Origin: Candidatus Nomurabacteria bacterium | GTDB lineage: Bacteria; Patescibacteriota; Minisyncoccia; Phycocordibacterales; UBA9973 | DNA length: 64,000 nucleotides | Assembly (NCBI GenBank): GCA_023267435.1 | Contig: JAHFNH010000001.1 | Span: 80,253-144,252, forward strand | Direction: 5' to 3' | Part shown: in pieces, positions 47,062-55,600 of the stretch | How the letters are laid out: every line of letters starts with the position of its first letter | Numbering within the stretch: position 1 is the stretch's first letter | Notes under the pieces: model-generated | Database searches by the model: none | Told to the model about the DNA's origin: nothing | The model's input: the letters and a program-made list of their open reading frames with translations, nothing else | Translations under genes and position numbers: made by a program

Positions 47062-49578
47062 ATGAAGAAAATATTAAAAAATAAGCATTTAATGAAGAAC
47101 TTGGCATTATTTTTCGCTGGGGGTTTCATTATTTTGACCGGTGCATTGATTATCTTTATTTCTACCATCAGAATCCCTGATTTTCATTCTTTTGAAGATA
47201 GAAAAGTTATAAATTCTACTAAAATATACGATCACACTGGAGAAATTCTTTTGTACGATATTCACCAAGATGTGAAAAGAACAAATATACCATTCGAACA
47301 AATGGGTTCCAATATAAAAAATGCTACTGTCGCGATTGAAGATTCTGAATTTTATACTCATGGTGGAATACGAGTTACTTCCATTATCCGAGCGCTTCTT
47401 TCAAAATTATTTCATGTTGGAATAGGAGGCGGAGGTTCGACAATAACCCAACAGTTGGTAAAAAATACTCTTCTAACACAAAAAGTTAGCTATATTCGAA
47501 AAATCAAAGAATGGGTTTTGGCGATCAAAATAGATCGATCTATGCCTAAAGAAAAAATATTGGAATATTATTTAAATGAAATTCCTTATGGTGGAAATAT
47601 TTATGGAATAGAAGCAGCTAGTAAAACTTATTTCAATAAAGACGCTCAAGATCTGACATTAGCAGAATCAGCGTATCTAGCTTCTATCCCCCAATCTCCA
47701 ACCACACTTTCTCCTTATGGAAAAAATAAAGACAAACTAGAGAATCGAAAAAATTTAGTATTGTCTAGAATGAAAGATCTTAAATTCATCACAGTAGATG
47801 AATACAATAAAGCAAAAAGTGAAGTTGTGACTTTTCAACCACAAGCAACTGGTGGTATTAAAGCTCCTCATTTCATATTTTTTATAAAAGATTATTTAGA
47901 AAATAAATACGGCGCAGATATGGTGGAACAAGGTGGCTTAAAAGTGACCACCACTCTAAATTATGACTTACAACAAAAAGCAGAACAAATCGTAAAAGAA
48001 GGAGCTCTTCAAAATGAAAAAGATTGGAATGGTAGCAATGCTGGATTGGTAGCGATCGACCCTAAAACAGGACAAATTTTAACCATGGTCGGCTCACGAG
48101 ATTATTTCGATAAAAATATCGATGGAAATTTTAATATCGCGACAGCCACCCGACAGCCAGGTTCCTCTTTCAAGCCTTTTATTTACGCTACAGCCTTCAA
48201 CAAAGGCTTTACACCTAACTCTGTGCTCTTTGACTTACCAACAGAGTTTCAAACTACCTGTGACGCTTATGGCAAAGCATTACCAGGACATAATCAAAAA
48301 GATTGTTACAAACCAGATGACTATGATGGAAAATTCCGTGGACCGATGACCTTGCGTGATGCACTTGGACAATCAATCAACATTCCGGCTGTAAAACTAT
48401 TTTATCTAGTGGGACTGAAAGACGCATTAAAAACTGCCGAAGATATGGGCATCAGTACTCTTGGTGACTCAAGTCGTTATGGACTGACTTTGGTTATCGG
48501 AGGCGGAGAAGTAGAACTCTTAGATATAACTTCTGCTTATGGAGTTTTTGCTAATGAAGGTATTCGAAACCCAGCGACAGGAATTTTAAAAGTTGAAGAT
48601 TCAACTGGAAAAATTTTAGAAGAATTTACCCCAAACCCTCGAGAGGTTTTGCCAAAAAATACTGCTTTAACTATTTCTGATGTCTTGTCTGACAACACTG
48701 CACGCACGCCGACTTTCGGAGCGCATTCTGTATTACAAATCCCTGGCAAAGATGTCGCAGTGAAAACAGGAACCACTAACAGCAACAAAGACGCGTGGAC
48801 TGTCGGCTACACACCATCAATCGCCGTCGGTGTCTGGGCTGGAAACAATGACAATAAGCCAATGAAAAAAGGAGGTTCCGCCGTCGCAGGGCCTATTTGG
48901 AATAAATTCTTAATCGAAGCTATGAAAATATTACCAGATGAAAAATTTGAAAAACCAAACTTAGAAACAGATCCTCATGTGGTGAAACCAGTAATTCGTG
49001 GATTCTGGCAAGGAAATGAAAATTTCTTTATTGATAAAATTTCTGGAAAATTGGCGACTGCTAATACTCCTAAGGAAACAAAAGTAGAAAAAGTAATAAC
49101 GAACGTGCATTCAATTCTTTACTGGGTGGATAAAAAAGATATCATGGGTCCACCTCCAACCGACCCAACTAATGATTCTCAATTTAGTCATTGGGAAATT
49201 CCAGTGCAAAATTGGTGGGCAAAAAATAGTGCTAATTATCCAAAGATAACTTTGGCTGATAAACCAACTGCCTTAGACGATGCGCATACTGACGCCAATA
49301 AACCTGTCGTGGCAATCACAATACCAGACACAACCACTACCTACCCTGCTAATCAAAAAATAACATTGGGACTTTCCAGTACTGGACATTTCCCATTGCA
49401 AAAAATAGATATCTTTATTAATGATGTTTATTTAGGAACTTCTAAAACACCAATTAATTTCTCTTTCACTCCATCCGAACTCGACAACCTAAAAGAAACA
49501 AATGAAATAAAAATTATCTCCTACGACACTGCGTATAACAGCAGTGAAACTACTTCTACTTTTAATGTAAGTCAATAA
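47062..49578 (+). CDS. Class A penicillin-binding protein (PBP1A family)
   Basis: IEDSEFY, GGSTITQQLVKN, QPGSSFKP, SIN, KTGT; C-terminal Ig-like domain. Confidence 0.95.
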   Translation: MKKILKNKHLMKNLALFFAGGFIILTGALIIFISTIRIPDFHSFEDRKVINSTKIYDHTGEILLYDIHQDVKRTNIPFEQMGSNIKNATVAIEDSEFYTHGGIRVTSIIRALLSKLFHVGIGGGGSTITQQLVKNTLLTQKVSYIRKIKEWVLAIKIDRSMPKEKILEYYLNEIPYGGNIYGIEAASKTYFNKDAQDLTLAESAYLASIPQSPTTLSPYGKNKDKLENRKNLVLSRMKDLKFITVDEYNKAKSEVVTFQPQATGGIKAPHFIFFIKDYLENKYGADMVEQGGLKVTTTLNYDLQQKAEQIVKEGALQNEKDWNGSNAGLVAIDPKTGQILTMVGSRDYFDKNIDGNFNIATATRQPGSSFKPFIYATAFNKGFTPNSVLFDLPTEFQTTCDAYGKALPGHNQKDCYKPDDYDGKFRGPMTLRDALGQSINIPAVKLFYLVGLKDALKTAEDMGISTLGDSSRYGLTLVIGGGEVELLDITSAYGVFANEGIRNPATGILKVEDSTGKILEEFTPNPREVLPKNTALTISDVLSDNTARTPTFGAHSVLQIPGKDVAVKTGTTNSNKDAWTVGYTPSIAVGVWAGNNDNKPMKKGGSAVAGPIWNKFLIEAMKILPDEKFEKPNLETDPHVVKPVIRGFWQGNENFFIDKISGKLATANTPKETKVEKVITNVHSILYWVDKKDIMGPPPTDPTNDSQFSHWEIPVQNWWAKNSANYPKITLADKPTALDDAHTDANKPVVAITIPDTTTTYPANQKITLGLSSTGHFPLQKIDIFINDVYLGTSKTPINFSFTPSELDNLKETNEIKIISYDTAYNSSETTSTFNVSQ

Positions 49579-49582
49579 AAAA

Positions 49583-49615
49583 GACCCTTCAAAACTTTTT
49601 AAGTTTCAAAGGGTC
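49583..49615. terminator. Hairpin between convergent genes: terminator and/or DGR homing hairpin
   Basis: GACCCTT...AAGGGTC imperfect stem about 36 nt after the 49652 stop. Confidence 0.55.
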
Positions 49616-49651
49616 AAAGATTCAAAGTATCTAAAACAAAAGTGAAAAATT

Positions 49652-50293
49652 TCAGTTGCGGAAGAAGGACCTACCGCCAGCATCCCACTCACCCACAGGA
49701 TCGAAGTCATACACGTCCACGTGCCAACCGTCATCACGCAGGCGCACGTGCACCTTGCAAAGGCCGCCTTTCTTATTTCTAACCCAGAAAAGATTTGCTT
49801 GGCCATTATCTTTAAGAAGTTTTTCTCCTTTAACAATATGGCGTTCACAAATTTGTTTTATATGGGCGAAATCAACTTCTTTATAAATACCACCGGTTTT
49901 TGCATCACCAACAATATTTTCTTCTTTAATGTCTTCGGTGAATTCATAACTCGCCAACTCTACTTCTGGAGAATTTTTTACTTCACTGTCAAACCAGTTG
50001 AAAATATCACCATCAACATAACCAAAGATTCCACCTTTATCTTTGGTTTTGAAAAAATCTTTAATGTTGAAAGAAGCAGTAGCTTCTAAAGAAACACTAG
50101 AGACAACTTTTTTCAATCTTCCAAATAAGGTTTGTGCTTCGCCCAAGAATTTTTGCAAAGCGCCTTCATTCATGTTCACAAGTTTTTTGAGAGCCTTGCG
50201 AAGTAATTCACTCTTGTCGGCCTTATGGCCAATGTCTGCGATAAGTCTCCAACCACTTTCGATCGAAACTTTTTCGGTGTTGTTTGTTTTCAT
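49652..50293 (-). CDS. Putative DGR target protein with a C-terminal variable region
   Basis: End VHVRLRDDGWHVDVYDFDPVGEWDAGGRSFFRN; abrupt GC rise; the putative variable codons are NNY. Confidence 0.7.
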   Translation of the reverse strand: MKTNNTEKVSIESGWRLIADIGHKADKSELLRKALKKLVNMNEGALQKFLGEAQTLFGRLKKVVSSVSLEATASFNIKDFFKTKDKGGIFGYVDGDIFNWFDSEVKNSPEVELASYEFTEDIKEENIVGDAKTGGIYKEVDFAHIKQICERHIVKGEKLLKDNGQANLFWVRNKKGGLCKVHVRLRDDGWHVDVYDFDPVGEWDAGGRSFFRN

Positions 50294-50471
50294 TTTGCAC
50301 CAAGTATTTAATTATTAAATAACAAATTTGAGTTTCTTTGGGTAAGGCAGACTCATAATCCCTATTTACATATTATATACCCTTTTAAGCAAAAAGTCAA
50401 GGTTAATAAATCTTTATTTATAAGGTTATTTTACACACACGAAAGCAATTCCTCCGTATGCTATATGTTTA

Positions 50472-50729
50472 TTATCTAAAACCCTGCGGAGATTTTTTGC
50501 CCAACAATTCTTCTAGTTTATTAAAGATTTTTTCTTTCTTTAACAGAATCTCGTTTTTGTAGACTGGTTTGATATTTAAATATATCGTGCCGTTTTTTAT
50601 GGTTATATCTTCAGATTTTATTTGCACTCCGATTGCTTCCGAAATAACACTGCGAATCGTATCTTTTTGTGCCTCACCTAAGGACAGAAGATTTTGAAAC
50701 TTTAAAAGTAAATCTTTAATCTCAATCAT
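50472..50729 (-). CDS. DciA/DUF721-like helicase loader
   Basis: Directly downstream of dnaN; IKNGTIYL...KNEILLKKEKIF..L...LG pattern. Confidence 0.55.
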   Translation of the reverse strand: MIEIKDLLLKFQNLLSLGEAQKDTIRSVISEAIGVQIKSEDITIKNGTIYLNIKPVYKNEILLKKEKIFNKLEELLGKKSPQGFR

Positions 50730-50761
50730 ACATTTTACCCTGAGGCCTTGCCTAAGGCATT

Positions 50762-51859
50762 TTAACGATTCATCGGCATTATAAGGTAAAGGAATGAAGG
50801 ATCAGAAACTCCAGAAACAACTATCGGACTGGAAGCTTGATTAAATTTAATAGAAACGCTATCGGTGGTGATTGATTGAAAACAATCCAGGAAATATTTG
50901 TAATTAAAACCAAGTTCTACTTCTTCTCCAGTCAGTGCGGCGTCGAGTAAAGTTTTATTCTCTCCCACGTCGTTGTTTTGGGACGACAATTCAAAAATTT
51001 TCTCTTTTGGTCTGATACTCAAGTTCACTTGATTAAACTTGTCTGAGAAGATATTTGAGAGCTTAAGGGCATTCAGCAAATCTTGCTTCAACACCACTGC
51101 TTCAGTCTTTGATTCTTTAGGAAGGATCTGTCGATAATCAGGAAAAACTCCATCAATCACTCGAGAAGTTAAATAAGTATTATTAGAAGAAAATGAAATT
51201 TGATTTTTATTAAAACAAACCTTTATTTCACCAGAAATTTCTCCGAAAACTCTTAATATTTCAGGAACATTTTTAAAAGGAATAAGAATGCCTGGAATTT
51301 CTTCTAAATTTTTAATTTTTACTTTCTTTTCGGCGAGACGGAAAGAATCTGTTGAAACAAAAACTAAATTATCTTCATTGGAATATATATAAACACTGGA
51401 TATTTCAGGCTTTATATCGGAAACAGAGGAGCTATAATAAACAGATTTTATGCCGTCGATTAATTTTTTAGCGTCTATTTCAAATTCCTTACCAGAAACT
51501 AGTGGGATAGTTGGAAAATCATCATGCAGCTGACCTTTTAATTTAATCTTACTTTTCTTTGTTTTAATAATTATATTTCCTTCTTCTCCTTGAATAGAAA
51601 CATTTTCATTTTGAATAACATTTGAAAAAATACCGGATAATACTGATCCATGAATAGCAGCTACGCCTTCCTCTTCTATTTTCGCTGGGATTTCTATTTC
51701 AATACCGAGGCTTAAATTCGTCGCACGAAGTTTTAAAGACTTACCTGTTGCTGTAAAAAGAATTGAACTTAAAACAGGCAGAGTTAAATTCTTTCCAGTT
51801 ATTCTTTCAACTTGATTAATTGCATTTTTTATTTTTTCTATTTCGCATTCTAGTCTCAT
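50762..51859 (-). CDS. dnaN: DNA polymerase III beta clamp
   Basis: ATNL, STDSFRL, G.FPDY, YLIMPM. Confidence 0.97.
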   Translation of the reverse strand: MRLECEIEKIKNAINQVERITGKNLTLPVLSSILFTATGKSLKLRATNLSLGIEIEIPAKIEEEGVAAIHGSVLSGIFSNVIQNENVSIQGEEGNIIIKTKKSKIKLKGQLHDDFPTIPLVSGKEFEIDAKKLIDGIKSVYYSSSVSDIKPEISSVYIYSNEDNLVFVSTDSFRLAEKKVKIKNLEEIPGILIPFKNVPEILRVFGEISGEIKVCFNKNQISFSSNNTYLTSRVIDGVFPDYRQILPKESKTEAVVLKQDLLNALKLSNIFSDKFNQVNLSIRPKEKIFELSSQNNDVGENKTLLDAALTGEEVELGFNYKYFLDCFQSITTDSVSIKFNQASSPIVVSGVSDPSFLYLIMPMNR

Positions 51860-52128
51860 ATGTTTATATCTTATATATTTAATTTATTAATACTATTAGT
51901 AGTGTTGATAAGTGTATAAGTATATTAAATGTTTATTTATATAATTATTTTTAATATTTTATTTTTACTTTATCCTGATAACTTTTTAACTTATTAACAT
52001 ACTTATTTAACATCTATTTTTATTACAATATTTATTCTTTATTTTTCCTTAACTTATTATCTACTTATAATTTTTTTATTAACAGTTTTATTTTATTTAT
52101 TATTTGTTTTTCACCTACTTATCAACAA
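51860..52128. other. Putative oriC (dnaA-dnaN intergenic region)
   Basis: Extremely AT-rich; DnaA-box variants TTATCAACA (51903 on minus, 52119) and TTATTAACA (51991, 52076); another at 53541. Confidence 0.75.
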
Positions 52129-53472
52129 CTATTTAAACATAACTCGTATTTGTTCCAACTCTTGTACTAATTGCTGATCATTTTTTAAATCTTCTTTTAT
52201 CTTTAAATAAGAATGAATAACAGTCGTATGATCTTTTCCTCCTAATTTTTGCCCAATCAAAGGATATGAAACATTAAAATCTTCTCGAAGAATATACATC
52301 ACCACTTGTCGCGCTTTTACTATTTCTTTTCTTCTAGTTTTTTCATAAACTGATGCTTCTTCTAAGTTGTAATGGTTGGTAACTATCTTAACCACATCTT
52401 TTATGGCGACATTTTTCTTGGGTCGAATATTATTTTTAAGTAGATTTTTAACTTCTGGTAGTGTTAAAGGCCTATTTTTAAGGCGATATTGGCAAACAAT
52501 CGTATTAAGACTACCTTCAAGTTCTCTGATATTTCCTTGAATAGCTGAGGAAATATATTCCAAAATATCTTGATCTAAACCAATACCAAGCTCTCTTAAT
52601 TTAACTTTTAAAATTGCCAAACGAGACTCGTACTCTGGTTCAGAGACATCTACTATCATTCCTGCCGCAAAACGCGACTTGAGACGGTCTGCGAGCTCTG
52701 GGATGTGGTTTGGGTGCTTATCGGAAGAAAATATAATCTGCTTGTTACTTTCATAAAAAGTATTGAATGTATGAAAGAGTTCTTCTTGAATTTTTTCCAT
52801 CTTGCCGATGAATTGAATATCATCGATGATTAGAAGATCATACTTGCGATACTTTTCTTTAAAAGAATTTGCTTTGTTTCCTTGGAGAGAGTTAATAAAA
52901 TCAGTCGCAAATTTTTCCAATGTCATGTAATGCGCTTTTTTATTTGGATATTTTTCTTTAATAGAGTTTCCAACAGCCTGAATCAAGTGTGTCTTACCGA
53001 GTCCAGTGCTTCCATAAACAAAAAATGGATTATATTTTGTTCCTGGGTTTTCAATAATCGCCTGGGATGCGGCATAAGCGAGCTCATTGAAAGTACCGAC
53101 AATAAAAGAATCAAAGCGATAGCGTGGGTTTAAATTGTCTTCAGGGCTGATATATAAATCTTTTAGAGGTAATTCTTTGTTTATTTGAACTTCGTTTGTT
53201 TTAGGTGATTCTTGTCTGTCAGGTTCTATTTTAGTTATTACATATTCTACTGCACGCATTGTCTCATAACCGTCGGCGATGGTTTTTGAAATAAGTTTAT
53301 GGTATTTGGTTTTTAACCAATCGCGCACGAATTCATTTGGCACGGCGACATAAATAACACCTTCTTCTTCTTTTAATATAGATGTATTTTTAAACCAAGT
53401 GCTGAAGTTTGCCTTTGAAACGCCAGCTTCAATCTCCACTAAACAATTCTTCCAAAGTTGTTTTATATCCAT
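52129..53472 (-). CDS. dnaA: Chromosomal replication initiator DnaA
   Basis: YNPFFVYG.TGLGKTHL, IDDIQF, NIRELEG, GGKDHTTVIH. Confidence 0.98.
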   Translation of the reverse strand: MDIKQLWKNCLVEIEAGVSKANFSTWFKNTSILKEEEGVIYVAVPNEFVRDWLKTKYHKLISKTIADGYETMRAVEYVITKIEPDRQESPKTNEVQINKELPLKDLYISPEDNLNPRYRFDSFIVGTFNELAYAASQAIIENPGTKYNPFFVYGSTGLGKTHLIQAVGNSIKEKYPNKKAHYMTLEKFATDFINSLQGNKANSFKEKYRKYDLLIIDDIQFIGKMEKIQEELFHTFNTFYESNKQIIFSSDKHPNHIPELADRLKSRFAAGMIVDVSEPEYESRLAILKVKLRELGIGLDQDILEYISSAIQGNIRELEGSLNTIVCQYRLKNRPLTLPEVKNLLKNNIRPKKNVAIKDVVKIVTNHYNLEEASVYEKTRRKEIVKARQVVMYILREDFNVSYPLIGQKLGGKDHTTVIHSYLKIKEDLKNDQQLVQELEQIRVMFK

Positions 53473-53603
53473 TGCTTCACATTATACTACCCCGTAAAGT
53501 TTAGGGAACTTCCAAAAACTTATTAACTATGTTTATAAACTGTTGATAAGTCTAAAACTTTTTATAAGTTGATTTATTTAAAATAATATTATAGAATGCC
53601 TTT

Positions 53604-53741
53604 ATGTCACAGACGTACCAACCCAACAAGAGAAAAAGAGCTAAATCTCATGGTTTTTTAGTTAGATCCAAGATCAAGACTGGCCAGAAGGTTCTTTTAC
53701 GCAGAAGAAGAAAAGGACGCGCACAGCTTTCCACTGTTTAA
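53604..53741 (+). CDS. rpmH: 50S ribosomal protein L34, not in the ORF track
   Basis: [22 protein letters not shown]...[13 protein letters not shown], divergent from dnaA. Confidence 0.95.
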   Translation: MSQTYQPNKRKRAKSHGFLVRSKIKTGQKVLLRRRRKGRAQLSTV

Positions 53742-53747
53742 TTTTTT

Positions 53748-54068
53748 ATGCTTCCTAAAAAGAATAGAGCCGACAGAAAGGCAGTTGAGAAAATCTTCAA
53801 GGAAGGTAAGTTTATTAATTCTCAAAATTTAACGCTCAAATTTATAAAAAGTGATTCTGCTGTTCCGCAGATTTCCTTTATTGTGCCTAAAAGCGTTGCT
53901 AAGCTGGCTGTTAAAAGAAATTATTTAAGGCGATTAGGATATTCTGTCCTAGAAAAACACCTAAAAGAACTGCCACCCATTACAGGCGCGTTTGTTTTTA
54001 AAAAGTATCAAGATGATATTTCAATACTAGAAAATGAAATTAAAAACATTTTTAATAAACTTAATTAA
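53748..54068 (+). CDS. rnpA: Ribonuclease P protein component
   Basis: MLPKKNR, AVKRNYLRR; follows rpmH. Confidence 0.9.
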   Translation: MLPKKNRADRKAVEKIFKEGKFINSQNLTLKFIKSDSAVPQISFIVPKSVAKLAVKRNYLRRLGYSVLEKHLKELPPITGAFVFKKYQDDISILENEIKNIFNKLN

Positions 54069-54249
54069 TATTTACCAAAAATACATAGGTCCCATTAAAA
54101 GGCCCAGTTGTGTGTTTTATCCTACTTGTTCAGAATATACCAAAAAAGCTATAGAAAAATATGGTGGTTTAAAAGGTATATATTTAGCTTTTCGACGCAT
54201 TTTGCGTTGTCACCCTTGGCAAAAAAACAGGATTGATCCTGTGAAATAG
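54034..54249 (+). CDS. yidD: Membrane protein insertion efficiency factor
   Basis: CVFYPTCSEY...RILRCHPW. Confidence 0.93.
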   Translation: MKLKTFLINLINIYQKYIGPIKRPSCVFYPTCSEYTKKAIEKYGGLKGIYLAFRRILRCHPWQKNRIDPVK

Positions 54250-54253
54250 TTTT

Positions 54254-54327
54254 AGCCCAGCCCTAAAGGTTTTCGCCTGCGGGCACTGGCTTCGTTTTGT
54301 CCGCCAGAAAATTTTTAGGGCTGGGCT
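54254..54327. repeat. GC-rich stem-loop element between yidD and yidC
   Basis: Perfect 14-bp inverted repeat AGCCCAGCCCTAAA/TTTAGGGCTGGGCT around 46 nt. Confidence 0.6.
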
Positions 54328-54366
54328 TTCCTTTGCATTTCCTGGCTTTTCGTATAGAATGGGAGG

Positions 54367-55095
54367 ATGCATTACCTTTGGGACACTATTTTATATAAGC
54401 CTTTTGTAAATATCTTAGCGCTTTTGGTTTCATTTATACCTGGAGGAGACGTTGGGTTTGCGGTTATTATCCTTACTTTACTTGTTAAAACAGCTCTCAT
54501 TCCCCTTTCCCAGCGTTCTATTGAAAGTCAGGCTAAAATGAAACTCTTGGAGCCTGAAATGAAGAAAATAAAGACCGGTGGCGCTACTAAAGAAGAACAA
54601 GCCAAGCAAACAATGGAGCTTTATAAAAAATATAAAACAAACCCTTTTTCCGGGTGTCTCTTGGTTTTAATTCAAATACCGATAATTTTAGCTCTTTATT
54701 ACGCTTTTTATAAAGGTATAAAATTTGACGGAGGCCTGCTTTACTCATTTGTTCATATTCCAGCAAAAATAAATATGGTTTTCATTGGATTGGTAGATCT
54801 GGGGCAAAAAAGCTTAGTGCTAGCTATACTCGCTGGTGTCTCTCAATTCTTACAAGCACACTATATGCCAAAATCTTTACCATCTTCTTCATCTGACAAA
54901 AGTTCTTTCCAGGAAAGTTTCGCTCAAAGTATGCAGATGCAGATGAAATATTTTCTTCCGATTCTAATTGTTTTCATTGCTTACAGAATTTCTGGAGTAG
55001 TTGCATTATATTGGATTACCAGTAATATGTTTACTGTGGTTCAGCAGATTTATGCCAGTAAAAAGAAAGGTCATTTAGAATTAATGATTCAATAA
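54367..55095 (+). CDS. yidC: YidC/Oxa1 membrane insertase
   Basis: ELYKKYKTNPFSGCL..LIQIP, ALYWITSN..T..QQ. Confidence 0.95.
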   Translation: MHYLWDTILYKPFVNILALLVSFIPGGDVGFAVIILTLLVKTALIPLSQRSIESQAKMKLLEPEMKKIKTGGATKEEQAKQTMELYKKYKTNPFSGCLLVLIQIPIILALYYAFYKGIKFDGGLLYSFVHIPAKINMVFIGLVDLGQKSLVLAILAGVSQFLQAHYMPKSLPSSSSDKSSFQESFAQSMQMQMKYFLPILIVFIAYRISGVVALYWITSNMFTVVQQIYASKKKGHLELMIQ

Positions 55096-55110
55096 TAAAA
55101 ACATAAAAAT

Positions 55111-55593
55111 ATGAACAAAACAGAAATACAAAATTTAATTAAAGAATTGATCGAAAATATGAATGTTTCCGTGAAGGAAATTACAGTCTCCCAAGAAGAT
55201 GGTTCCAATACTGTTTGGTACTCAGTGAGTGTTTCTGAACCGCATCTTTTTACTTCACGAGAAGGTGAAGCTCTTTCTTCTTTGAATCATTTGGTCAGGA
55301 GAATTATTGAATCTAAGACGCTAGTAGAGGCAGGAGTGGAAAGTGTGAACACACCTATTTTAATTGATATTGGGGATTTTCAGAAAAAGAGAGTGGATAA
55401 TATTAAAGCAGTTGCTCATATGATGGCTGAACGCGCTAGGTATTTCAAATCAAATATAGAGATAGATCCAATGTCTGCTTTTGATCGACGTATTGTGCAT
55501 GATTTTCTATCAAGTTCTACAGATCTAAAAACAGAATCCACTGGTTTCGGTCCTTCTCGCCGAGTGGTTATAAAATATATTGGAGGAATATAA
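55111..55593 (+). CDS. Jag/KhpB-like KH-R3H RNA-binding protein
   Basis: PMSAFDRRIVH R3H motif, TES.G.GP.RRVVI; follows yidC. Confidence 0.85.
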   Translation: MNKTEIQNLIKELIENMNVSVKEITVSQEDGSNTVWYSVSVSEPHLFTSREGEALSSLNHLVRRIIESKTLVEAGVESVNTPILIDIGDFQKKRVDNIKAVAHMMAERARYFKSNIEIDPMSAFDRRIVHDFLSSSTDLKTESTGFGPSRRVVIKYIGGI

Positions 55594-55600
55594 AAATTTT

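Noticed and set aside
49606-50318. Several overlapping alternative ORFs around the putative DGR target
   Set aside because: Explained by the locally high GC and few stop codons; no independent start signals
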